DNA of 50,861 nucleotides, from assembly GCA_045118635.1 (NCBI GenBank), contig JBGUYI010000079.1, positions 1 to 50,861 of the forward strand, in the 5' to 3' direction. The stretch's first letter is position 1; each line of letters opens with the position of its first letter. The DNA comes from Acetivibrionales bacterium (lineage in GTDB: Bacteria > Bacillota > Clostridia > Acetivibrionales > RGIG10202). The notes below the pieces were generated by a model. That model was not told the DNA's origin. It saw nothing but the letters and a program-made list of their open reading frames with translations, and did not search any database. The translations under genes and the position numbers were made by a program. Below are positions 17,139 to 25,889 of the stretch, one piece after another.

Positions 17139-20100
17139 ATGGAAATTAATAATATAACCAAAAAAGAATTGCTGGATAAAAACGTAAAAGAAGCTAACAA
17201 ATTTGTTTCAAAATGCCTATTAGTTTTCGCAATTATAATGGCAGTTGTTTGGCTTTTAAATTATATTGGCTTTTTCTTATTAGAAACAAATAATTTTTCT
17301 ACTATAGCCATACTAACTTGTATATTTTGTTCGTTTCCTTATATTATACTAAAATTCTTTAAACCAAAAAATGAGTCACACTTAAAATATATTTTTATTG
17401 GAATAACATTAATTGTGACACTAATATTATATACCCCTCTTAGTTATCATACTATAATATTTTTATTACTCCCTCTAACACTTGCGACATTATATTTTGA
17501 CAGAAAACTAATTATATTTACTGTCGTTGGATCAATATTTTTAATAATAACTGGTACAATTTTATCTTTTTATCTAAATATAACACCAAATGCTCCTTTG
17601 ATGGATTCTATTGAATCACTAGTTCTATATGCTGTAATTCCAAGAACTCTTATATTTTTAGGCATGTCGTACATAAGTCTTTCTGTTGCAACTAGAGCAT
17701 CTTTTCTTTTATCTAAATTAATAAAATATGCTAATTCTGTAATAGAAGCTGTAAAATCAAAAGAAATTGCTGAGAGTTCTGACCGTGCTAAGTCATTATT
17801 TTTAGCAAATATGTCCCACGAAATAAGGACTCCTATGAATGCCATACTAGGAATGACCGACATTATTCTTTTAGAAAATGATATTGAACCAATAAAAGAA
17901 AATGTCTTAATAATAAAAAGTGCATGTACTAATCTTTTAAATATTATAAATGACATATTAGACTTTTCTAAAATTGAATCTAATAAGTTGGAAATTATAA
18001 ATGCTCCCTATGATTTTCATGATTTAATAAATGACATTGTTAAAATATTTTCTCCTAAGTTCAATGAAAAAAATCTTTCGTTTAATGTAAATTTAGATGA
18101 CTCAATACCCAAATATCTTATAGGAGATTCTTCTAGGATACGACAAGTAATAACGAATCTACTAAGCAATGCAATAAAGTTTACTGAAGCCGGTGAAATT
18201 TCAATGTCAATTACATCCACTTCCAATGGCGACAGCGTTACATTAAACTTTTCAATATCTGACACTGGATGTGGCATAAAGGAAGAAGAATTATACAAAC
18301 TATTTTCTAAATTTGAAAGATGTGATACTAAGAAAAATAAAAGTATTGAAGGCAGTGGACTTGGACTTTGCATTTGTAAAAGTCTTGTAAATCTTATGAA
18401 TGGAGATATTAGTGTTGAAAGTACATATAATAAAGGTTCTACCTTTTCATTTCATATACTGCAAAATATTTCAAAAGAGTCAGTACACAATGACACTAAA
18501 GACATACAAGACTTTAAGGCACCTAATGCCAATATACTAGTTGTTGATGATTTAAATTTAAATTTAAAAGTTATAGAAGGACTCTTAAAACCATATGAAA
18601 TAAAAATCACAAAAGCACTATCTGGTAAAGCTTGCCTTGATTTACTACAATCTAACACAACAAAATTTGATCTTATATTCATGGATCATATGATGCCAGA
18701 GCTAGATGGTATAGAGACTTTAAAATTAATCAAAAAGATTCCTATCCCCTATCTACAAGATGTCCCTGTTGTAGCACTAACTGCTAATACTATAAATGGT
18801 ATGCGTGAAATGTTTTTAAGTGAGGGTTTTTGTGACTTTCTAGGAAAACCAATAGATTTATCAAAACTTCATGATATTTTACTAAAATATTTACCTAAAA
18901 ATCTAATCAATAGTTCTTATAATCCCACAAATATTAAAGGAGGAATTAATATGAATTCTAATAATCTTAGTGAGCATTTCGATCTTTTAAAAACTTTTTA
19001 TTTTGAAAACAAAGATAAAGCTAGTTCTTTACGAAATTTCTTAAACATAAAGGATTTTAAAAATTATCAAATTATTGTACATTCTCTAAAAAGTTCAGCT
19101 TTGTTAATTGGTGCTAATAAATTATCTGAACTCGCTAAAAATCATGAATCAAACATATCAAATATTGATTATTTAACTTCTAATATTGATAGTTTAATAG
19201 AAGAATTACAAAATGTTTTATTAAATATAGCAAGTACTATAAAAAACACTACATCAAACGAAAATCATATTAGCATAGATGATGAAACTTTATTTAGTAA
19301 AGTAGCAGAAATATTAGATTTCATTAATAATTTTGAAACTAAAAATGCAAAATTGGCACTTGATAAATTATTAGAATATGATTTACAAGATTCGTATAAA
19401 TCTTGTCTTAATGATGCAAAATTAAAACTAACACTTTATGATGATGATAAAGCTAAAGATATATTACAAAGCTTACTTAACAATTCTAACAATTTTACGC
19501 ACTCTAAAAAGCATATATTGATTATTGACGATGATGCTGCGACATTATCATTTACTGAATCTATTCTTGATAATTATTATAAAGTTACTGCATTAAATTC
19601 AGGTAAAAAAGCAATTGAATTTTTAAATCGTTTTACCCCAGACATTATTCTTTTAGATCTAAATATGCCAGAATTAGATGGAATAGATACAATAAAACAA
19701 ATTAAGCTTATAAAATCTTGTTCAGATATTCCTGTAATATTTTTGACTGGCGTATCTGATACCCAAAAAGAACTACAATGTCTGACTTTAGGTGCAAATG
19801 ATTTTATTCAAAAACCGTTTATTAAAGAGCTTTTGATTGGACGAATTTCAAAAACTCTAGACTATGCTTCTTATCAAAGAGATCTAAAGACTCTAGTATA
19901 CGAAAAAACTAGAAAAATAAAATCAATTCAAAATAAAATAATCTTTAGTTTAGCAACATTAATAGAAAGTAAGGATGACGCTACAGGGAAACATATAAAA
20001 AGGACTTCTCGTTATGTAGAACTTCTAGCATTTTCAATAAAGAATAAAGACAAATATATGGATATTTGTACAGAGGATTATATAGAAAATTTGGTTTTAG

Positions 20101-20576
20101 CATCTCCATTGCATGACATCGGAAAAATTGCCATCCCTGATTCAATATTATGTAAGCCTGATAAGTTAACACCCGAAGAATTTGATATAATGAAAACTCA
20201 TACAATAATAGGAGGAGAAACTATTACAAAGTGTATAGATGGAATAGAAGATGATTTGTTTTTAAACATTGCAAAAGATATTGCCCTATATCATCATGAA
20301 AAATGGGACGGTACAGGCTATCCAAAAGGACTTTCTTATGAAAGCATCCCTCTTTGTGCAAGAATAATGGCTATAGCTGATGTGTTTGATGCATTAACTT
20401 CAGATAGATGCTATAAAGATACACTATCACTAGATGATGCATTTTTGGTAATACAAAAATCTAGTGGAACTCATTTTGATCCAAGTTTAGTAGATGCCTT
20501 TTTATCATTAAGAAAGATTATAGAAAAGGAATTTGACGAAAACTTAAAAGAAAAATTAGAGAAATCATTTGTTTGA
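17139..20576 (+). CDS. Hybrid sensor combining a multi-TM sensor, HisKA-HATPase, REC, HPt, REC and HD-GYP
   Basis: The H-box is MSHEIRTPMN and the G2 box is GSGLGLCICK. REC1 has FMDHMMPELDG, HPt has VHSLKSSA and REC2 has LLDLNMPELDG. The HD-GYP domain has PLHDIGK and HHEKWDGTGYP. Confidence 0.9.
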   Translation: MEINNITKKELLDKNVKEANKFVSKCLLVFAIIMAVVWLLNYIGFFLLETNNFSTIAILTCIFCSFPYIILKFFKPKNESHLKYIFIGITLIVTLILYTPLSYHTIIFLLLPLTLATLYFDRKLIIFTVVGSIFLIITGTILSFYLNITPNAPLMDSIESLVLYAVIPRTLIFLGMSYISLSVATRASFLLSKLIKYANSVIEAVKSKEIAESSDRAKSLFLANMSHEIRTPMNAILGMTDIILLENDIEPIKENVLIIKSACTNLLNIINDILDFSKIESNKLEIINAPYDFHDLINDIVKIFSPKFNEKNLSFNVNLDDSIPKYLIGDSSRIRQVITNLLSNAIKFTEAGEISMSITSTSNGDSVTLNFSISDTGCGIKEEELYKLFSKFERCDTKKNKSIEGSGLGLCICKSLVNLMNGDISVESTYNKGSTFSFHILQNISKESVHNDTKDIQDFKAPNANILVVDDLNLNLKVIEGLLKPYEIKITKALSGKACLDLLQSNTTKFDLIFMDHMMPELDGIETLKLIKKIPIPYLQDVPVVALTANTINGMREMFLSEGFCDFLGKPIDLSKLHDILLKYLPKNLINSSYNPTNIKGGINMNSNNLSEHFDLLKTFYFENKDKASSLRNFLNIKDFKNYQIIVHSLKSSALLIGANKLSELAKNHESNISNIDYLTSNIDSLIEELQNVLLNIASTIKNTTSNENHISIDDETLFSKVAEILDFINNFETKNAKLALDKLLEYDLQDSYKSCLNDAKLKLTLYDDDKAKDILQSLLNNSNNFTHSKKHILIIDDDAATLSFTESILDNYYKVTALNSGKKAIEFLNRFTPDIILLDLNMPELDGIDTIKQIKLIKSCSDIPVIFLTGVSDTQKELQCLTLGANDFIQKPFIKELLIGRISKTLDYASYQRDLKTLVYEKTRKIKSIQNKIIFSLATLIESKDDATGKHIKRTSRYVELLAFSIKNKDKYMDICTEDYIENLVLASPLHDIGKIAIPDSILCKPDKLTPEEFDIMKTHTIIGGETITKCIDGIEDDLFLNIAKDIALYHHEKWDGTGYPKGLSYESIPLCARIMAIADVFDALTSDRCYKDTLSLDDAFLVIQKSSGTHFDPSLVDAFLSLRKIIEKEFDENLKEKLEKSFV

Positions 20577-20673
20577 CATCTTATAATGAACTAAAAGAAT
20601 ATTGGTGAAAAACTTAATAACTTAACACAATTTGTAATTAGCCATACTTTTTTCTATATAATAATTTACGGTC

Positions 20674-20732
20674 TTGTACAAAATTTCCCATTATGGTATA
20701 CTTTCCTCTAGAAAATTGATTTTTTCTAGAGG
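20674..20732 (+). promoter_or_regulatory. Promoter followed by an 11-bp perfect palindrome spanning the predicted TSS of the PPi-type PFK gene
   Basis: TTGTAC (20674-20679) is followed by a 17-nt spacer and TGgTATACT (-10 at 20697-20702). The palindrome cctctagaaaa-ttgatt-ttttctagagg lies at 20705-20732. Confidence 0.55.
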
Positions 20733-20790
20733 TTAATTCTTTAGTTTACAATCAAAAAATTAATATAATTTACTTAGGAGGTTTTTTTTA

Positions 20791-22026
20791 ATGAAAGAAT
20801 TAGTTGGTTCTTGTATATTTGGACAATCAGGAGGTCCTACTTCAGTCATAAATGCAAGTGCATCTGGAGTGTTTCAAGAAGCTTTGAAACAAGGCTGTAT
20901 AGAGAATGTATATGGTGCAGCTCATGGAATAAAAGGTATTCTTGAAGAAAAATTTTATGATATTAGTAAAGAATCTCAATATGAGTTGGATTTGCTAAAA
21001 ACAACTCCATCTTCAGCTTTAGGTTCTGTTCGATACAAATTAAAAGACGCATCAGAAGATGAAACAGATTATATTCGTCTTTTAGAAGTTTTCAAAAAAT
21101 ACAACATAAGATATTTCTTCTATAATGGTGGAAATGATTCTATGGATACTTGTAATAAAATAAGTAAATATATGCAAAAAGTTGGTTATGAATGTAGAGT
21201 TATGGGAGTTCCTAAAACTATTGATAATGACTTGTTTGGAACTGATCATTGCCCAGGTTATGGAAGTGCAGCAAAATACATTGCAACTTCTACTATGGAA
21301 ATTTATCATGATGCTAGAGTATATGATACTGGTATGATTACTATACTTGAAGTTATGGGAAGAAACGCTGGTTGGTTAACTGCTGCTACTTCATTAGCAA
21401 GTTTTAAAGGATTTGGTCCAGATTTAATTTATCTTCCTGAAATTCCTTTCAGTGTAGATAAATTTTTAGAAGAAACAAGTGCAATTTATAATAGACAAGG
21501 TAAAGTTATTGTAGCTGTATCTGAAGGAGCTAAAGATAAAGATGGCAAGTATATAGCTGAATATGGAGCAGATCTTGCAAAAGATTCTTTTGGTCATTCT
21601 CAACTTGGTGGTACTGCGGCTATTTTGGCTAATATGGCTAAAAAAATTGCTCCAAAAGTTAGAGGTATTGAATTTAGTTTATTGCAAAGATGTGCTGCTC
21701 ATGTTGGCTCACTAACTGATGTTAATGAAGCATTTTTAGCAGGACAAATGGCTGTTAGATATGCCGTAGAAGGAAAAACTGACTATATGGTAGCTTTTGA
21801 ACGTGCTAACACACCAGAATATAAGTGTAATATCAAATTATTAAACTTAACTGATGTTGCTAATACTGAGAAAAAAGTTCCTATGGAATGGATTAATAAA
21901 GACGGAAACGGCTTAACTTCTGACTTTATTAATTATGCTCTTCCTCTTATTCAAGGAGAATCAAGACCTCCTATGGAAGATGGTCTACCTAGATTCGCTA
22001 AGCTAAATAAAGTATTAGTTAAATAA
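20791..22026 (+). CDS. pfp: Phosphofructokinase, PFK-A family, probably PPi-dependent
   Basis: Its 411 aa carry GGNDSMDT, with Asp where ATP-PFKs have the Gly of GGDGS. PKTIDND and MGRNAGWL are also present. AGGAGG serves as the RBS. Confidence 0.75.
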   Translation: MKELVGSCIFGQSGGPTSVINASASGVFQEALKQGCIENVYGAAHGIKGILEEKFYDISKESQYELDLLKTTPSSALGSVRYKLKDASEDETDYIRLLEVFKKYNIRYFFYNGGNDSMDTCNKISKYMQKVGYECRVMGVPKTIDNDLFGTDHCPGYGSAAKYIATSTMEIYHDARVYDTGMITILEVMGRNAGWLTAATSLASFKGFGPDLIYLPEIPFSVDKFLEETSAIYNRQGKVIVAVSEGAKDKDGKYIAEYGADLAKDSFGHSQLGGTAAILANMAKKIAPKVRGIEFSLLQRCAAHVGSLTDVNEAFLAGQMAVRYAVEGKTDYMVAFERANTPEYKCNIKLLNLTDVANTEKKVPMEWINKDGNGLTSDFINYALPLIQGESRPPMEDGLPRFAKLNKVLVK

Positions 22027-22030
22027 ATAA

Positions 22031-22068
22031 AAAAAGCCCGTAAAGACTTAATTCTTTATGGGCTTTTT
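22031..22068. terminator. Bidirectional intrinsic terminator between pfp and the ykuS-like gene
   Basis: The stem gcccgtaaag/ctttatgggc is 10 bp and is flanked by an A-run and a T-run. Confidence 0.85.
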
Positions 22069-22072
22069 TTAT

Positions 22073-22330
22073 TTATCTTGCACTTCTTTCAATTTCTTCT
22101 TTTACTTCTTCTGGACTTAATCCTGCTGCTTCTATTATTGGAGCATTTGTTCCTGTTGAATCTAATTCTGTGAAGTTTGTATTAACTCCTGTTACAACAA
22201 CTGCGTCTACTGAATTTAATAATGTAGCACTGTTATTTTTAGATAAATCAAATTCTTTTACGCTGTAACCATGACTTTGCAAATAATTTTTTACTGATGA
22301 TAAACCTTTTTCTATTGCTATATTTTTCAT
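22073..22330 (-). CDS. UPF0180 (YkuS-like) small protein
   Basis: The 85-aa product (MKNIAIEKGLSSVKNYLQSHGY...DAVVVTG...APII.AAGLSPEEV) is colinear with B. subtilis YkuS as I recall it. Confidence 0.8.
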   Translation of the reverse strand: MKNIAIEKGLSSVKNYLQSHGYSVKEFDLSKNNSATLLNSVDAVVVTGVNTNFTELDSTGTNAPIIEAAGLSPEEVKEEIERSAR

Positions 22331-22421
22331 AATAATCCTCCAAGAATTAATTTATTAGCCTAAATAATAAAATTGGGCTTATATTATTATTCTCACTATA
22401 GGATTTATTATTCATAAAACT

Positions 22422-22742
22422 TCATTTAACCATACCTTTTTCTTTTGTTTTTGTAGGATGATTTTTTTGGTCTGATTGTTTAGTTAAACCATTTAATTTT
22501 GTTTTCGCAATATCGTTTGAGTCTTTTATAATACCTTGAACTTCTTCAAAATGATTTTTAATATGTTTAAGATTTTTTACCGGAATTCCAGAATTCTCAT
22601 CTATTTTTATTGTCTCATTACTGTCTACTGAAGAAATACTCATTGTATCTGATAGTTCATCTTTGTTTTCAATGTCGAAAAAATCCATTAATTCTTCAGT
22701 ATTTTTTAATTGTTTCTCTAAATTTTCTACCCGTTCTGTCAT
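22422..22742 (-). CDS. Hypothetical acidic coiled-coil protein (106 aa) with one degenerate SVDS motif
   Basis: This is the last ORF of the coiled-coil operon and carries ISSVDSNETIKID. The RBS is weak, so the start is uncertain. Confidence 0.5.
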   Translation of the reverse strand: MTERVENLEKQLKNTEELMDFFDIENKDELSDTMSISSVDSNETIKIDENSGIPVKNLKHIKNHFEEVQGIIKDSNDIAKTKLNGLTKQSDQKNHPTKTKEKGMVK

Positions 22743-22765
22743 TTTTTTATAATAGCAATATCCGC

Positions 22766-22837
22766 CTACTCATTACGTTTCTCACTTTCTAAATCATCGG
22801 GGTTCATTATCCTTTCAAAAATATCTTTATCTGGCAT
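22766..22837 (-). CDS. Candidate 23-aa small ORF (MPDKDIFERIMNPDDLESEKRNE)
   Basis: It is absent from the ORF track. GAGGAGG lies 9 nt upstream of the ATG, and it sits between two operon genes. Confidence 0.35.
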   Translation of the reverse strand: MPDKDIFERIMNPDDLESEKRNE

Positions 22838-22861
22838 TGTCAACTACCTCCTCATTTGAAA

Positions 22862-24103
22862 TTATTTAATTATTCCTTTGTTTTTATTTTGTTTTTCAAC
22901 TTTTGCATCATATTCTTTACCCTTATTCAACTTTTTCGTTGTATTCTTTATATTCTTTAAACTTCCTGTATCAGATATAGTCTTGATAGTATTTCTAATA
23001 TCTTTGGGAATTATTGATTTTATTTTTGACATAAACTTATTTCCTTTTGATGAAGTATCGGATGAAGCACTTATAAATGTTTTATCACTATCAACAGATC
23101 TCCTAATTTCCGAATTATTCGTAATATCTTCTTTTTCTTTTTCTAATTCTTTTAATTTTTTATTCATTTCCTCAATCTCATCACTAAGATCTTCAAGATC
23201 AATCTCTTTACTATCTCTTTTTAAATTTTCAAGACCTTGTTTTATATCTTTTATTTCTTCCTCTAATTGCAATTTTTTTATTTCTTTTGTTATATTATTT
23301 ACATCCTTCCGTAAAATCTTTATATATTCCTTTGTTTCCGCCATTCGTTTTTCAACTTTATTAGTCTTCTCTTTCTTTTTTAATTTTTCTAAATCTCTGT
23401 TTGCTTCTAACAATTGTTTTCTAGCTATATTTTCCTCTTCTTTCAATTCTTCTAAACTTAAGTTTTTCTTCTTTTTCTTTTCTATCGGTATTAATCTCAA
23501 CTCATCAAAAATATCTTTTTTTTCTTTTTCTAGTTGGCTTAACTGCTCTTTCATTGGATCGATATATTCACTAAATCTTGAATTCTCTCTAAAAATTTTA
23601 ATAGCTCCTTCAATTTCTTTTATCTCTTTCTCTTTTTCAGCTAAATCTTGCTCCAAACTTTTTCTATATTCAAATGAATTACTTATAAATGTTTTATCAC
23701 TATTTACTGATGAGATAGAAGTTCTCTTTTCTATCAGATTATCGGATGAATCACTTATAAATGTTTTATCGCTATCAACAGATCTCCTAATTCTCGAATT
23801 GTTTTGATTCTTTTCTAGTTTAGTTATATTCTCTGTTAAACTAGCTTTTTCTGCTTCTAAAATATCTATATATTCCTCTGTTTTCTTTATCTGATTCTCA
23901 ACTTTCTTAGCCTTATTTTTCTTTTTTAATTTTTCTAACCTTTTCTGTTCTGCCGATATTAAATTTGCCTTTAGATTTTCCTGTTCTCTCAATTCATCTA
24001 AGCTTAATTCCTTTATTTGCTTTTTTATGGGTATTAATTCTGTTCTTTCTCCCCTTTCTTCTGTACTATTTAATAAATTTACTTCTTTAGTACTTTTAGG
24101 CAT
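22862..24103 (-). CDS. Hypothetical K/E-rich coiled-coil protein (413 aa) with three SVDSDKTFIS motifs
   Basis: GGAGGGG serves as the RBS and the protein has heptad-like LEKLKKK stretches. A 52-nt block is repeated at 23057-23108 and 23741-23792 with 2 mismatches. Confidence 0.8.
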   Translation of the reverse strand: MPKSTKEVNLLNSTEERGERTELIPIKKQIKELSLDELREQENLKANLISAEQKRLEKLKKKNKAKKVENQIKKTEEYIDILEAEKASLTENITKLEKNQNNSRIRRSVDSDKTFISDSSDNLIEKRTSISSVNSDKTFISNSFEYRKSLEQDLAEKEKEIKEIEGAIKIFRENSRFSEYIDPMKEQLSQLEKEKKDIFDELRLIPIEKKKKKNLSLEELKEEENIARKQLLEANRDLEKLKKKEKTNKVEKRMAETKEYIKILRKDVNNITKEIKKLQLEEEIKDIKQGLENLKRDSKEIDLEDLSDEIEEMNKKLKELEKEKEDITNNSEIRRSVDSDKTFISASSDTSSKGNKFMSKIKSIIPKDIRNTIKTISDTGSLKNIKNTTKKLNKGKEYDAKVEKQNKNKGIIK

Positions 24104-24115
24104 AAAAATCCCCTC

Positions 24116-24883
24116 CTATTTGGTAATATTAAATTTGTTCATTTCTTTTGTTGATTCCTTGCTTATACTTTCTGATTTGTTTAAATTATTCGTATTAACA
24201 GATTGTATTTCATTCATAATATCATTTGATTCTTGAATGCTATTTTTCGCATCTTTGAGATTATTCTTAATTTTAGAAAAAAATCCAACTTTATTTTCTA
24301 TTAATGTTCTATCACTATTTACTGAAGAAATACTACTTCCATCTTCTACTAATGTTCTATCACTATCTATTGATGAAACACTGTTTCTCCTTCCTGCTAA
24401 TATTTTTTCACTATCTACATCTTTAGTTTTTTCTTTTTTGTTGACTTCTTTTTCCATATTTTTTATTTCTTTCTTTTTTTGTTTTTTTTCTTTTTCTAAA
24501 ACTTTTATCTTATTTTCTAAATCTTTTATATCTTGTTTTTGTTTTTCCACGTCAAATGTCTCTAAACGTTGTTTTTGTTCTTGTAACTCCCCCCTTAACC
24601 ATTCATTTTCTTTTTTATAAAATTCTAGTGCTTTATTTTCATTTCTAAGTCTAGCTGGCAAAACATCCATATCACGTCCCATTTCTTCATAATACTGCAT
24701 TGTACGCTTTACAACATTTTCGTTTTTCACTATAGCCTGTTCTAATCTATCTATATAATATACTAATTGTTCTTCTTTTGTTGTATCTTTTAATACACTT
24801 AGACGTCTCTTTGATTCAACTAATTCTTGTTTAATTTTTTTCTTCTCTTTTTTTAATTCTTCTAAATTTTTATCATAAGGCAA
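24116..24883 (-). CDS. Hypothetical coiled-coil protein (about 255 aa) with two S-I/V-D/N-S-D-R-T-L motifs
   Basis: AAAGGGGGG lies 6 nt upstream of TTG 24883. The longer ORF-track N-terminus has no RBS. Confidence 0.7.
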   Translation of the reverse strand: MPYDKNLEELKKEKKKIKQELVESKRRLSVLKDTTKEEQLVYYIDRLEQAIVKNENVVKRTMQYYEEMGRDMDVLPARLRNENKALEFYKKENEWLRGELQEQKQRLETFDVEKQKQDIKDLENKIKVLEKEKKQKKKEIKNMEKEVNKKEKTKDVDSEKILAGRRNSVSSIDSDRTLVEDGSSISSVNSDRTLIENKVGFFSKIKNNLKDAKNSIQESNDIMNEIQSVNTNNLNKSESISKESTKEMNKFNITK

Positions 24884-25076
24884 TATAATCCCCCCTTTCC
24901 CCACTATATTTATCGAAATTAATACAAAAAACTTTAGTAAGTATTTCCTACTAAATTTTTTTGAGCTGTATAAATATGGCATAATAACTTATTTTGCCAA
25001 AACTTTACAAATCTGATGTGCAGGACAATCAATCATAGTTTGACTTTTCTTATTCTATATTAATTATTTTTACTGC

Positions 25077-25105
25077 TTGAAGAATGTGTATCTTTATTGT
25101 ATAAT
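25077..25105 (+). promoter_or_regulatory. mecA promoter
   Basis: The sequence reads TTGAAG, a 17-nt spacer, then TATAAT preceded by TG. Confidence 0.55.
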
Positions 25106-25159
25106 ATGACTAAGTGAAAGTTTTTGTATTGGTACTTGTAGGAAAGGAGGAAGGCCTTT

Positions 25160-25819
25160 TTGACATTAAAGGGCTTATACGGTGTTATGAAAATAGAAAA
25201 AATTAGTGAAAATAAATTAAAAGTAACTATACCTGTTTCTTATTTTGTTGAAAGAAATATAAGTTTTGAAAATTTTGATTATACGTCTCCAGCTGCTCAA
25301 GAATTTTTCTGTGAGTTGATGGAAATTCTTGAGAATGATTATGGATTTAGTTTTTTAAACTCTCAAATGGTTATAGAATCTGATTATGACAAATCTGACG
25401 ATATTGTTTTTACTTTAACAAAACCAAGTGCATCTCAAGATGAACTATCAGTATTTCAAAGATATTTAAATAGAAAACGTAGAAATGAGTTGTCATCTAA
25501 GAAAAAATCTGACAATTATGCTTCCAACAGTGTTGTTATATTTGAATTTGAAAATTTTGATTATTTGTGTGATTTTGCTAAGAAATCTGCAAACCCATAT
25601 AAAGGATTTAATTCTTTGTATAAATTAGATGAGTATTATTATTTGGTATTAGATAAAAGAAGCTTATATGATTCATCTTCATCTGAGTATTTACTTGTGT
25701 TGTTAAATGAATATGGTAATAAAATTTTAAACTCTGGATTTTACGAAGGCTATTTAAATGAATACGGAAATTTAATAATCCTTGGTAATGCATTAGATAC
25801 TATCGAATCATATTTCTAA
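25160..25819 (+). CDS. mecA: Adaptor protein MecA (Clp adaptor)
   Basis: The sequence MKIEKISENKLKVTI...FENFDY...EFFCELME matches the MecA N-terminal domain. AGGAGG lies 8 nt upstream of TTG 25160. ATG 25190 is an alternative start. Confidence 0.85.
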   Translation: MTLKGLYGVMKIEKISENKLKVTIPVSYFVERNISFENFDYTSPAAQEFFCELMEILENDYGFSFLNSQMVIESDYDKSDDIVFTLTKPSASQDELSVFQRYLNRKRRNELSSKKKSDNYASNSVVIFEFENFDYLCDFAKKSANPYKGFNSLYKLDEYYYLVLDKRSLYDSSSSEYLLVLLNEYGNKILNSGFYEGYLNEYGNLIILGNALDTIESYF

Positions 25820-25867
25820 ATTCATTTAGCAAAAGTTTGCAAGGTTTTTTCTCCATCACAAAGAACT

Positions 25868-25889
25868 AAAAGAGCCTATGGGCTCTTTT
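25868..25889. terminator. Bidirectional terminator
   Basis: The hairpin aaaagagcc-tatg-ggctctttt lies between convergent genes. Confidence 0.8.

Noticed and set aside
22878-24620. Plus-strand ORFs of 309 aa (22878-23807), 69 aa and 127 aa opposite the coiled-coil genes.
   Set aside because: They are the antisense of K/E-rich (AAR/GAR) coding sequence, which yields stop-free F/L/S frames. No RBS is present, and the sense strand has strong RBSs and operon structure.
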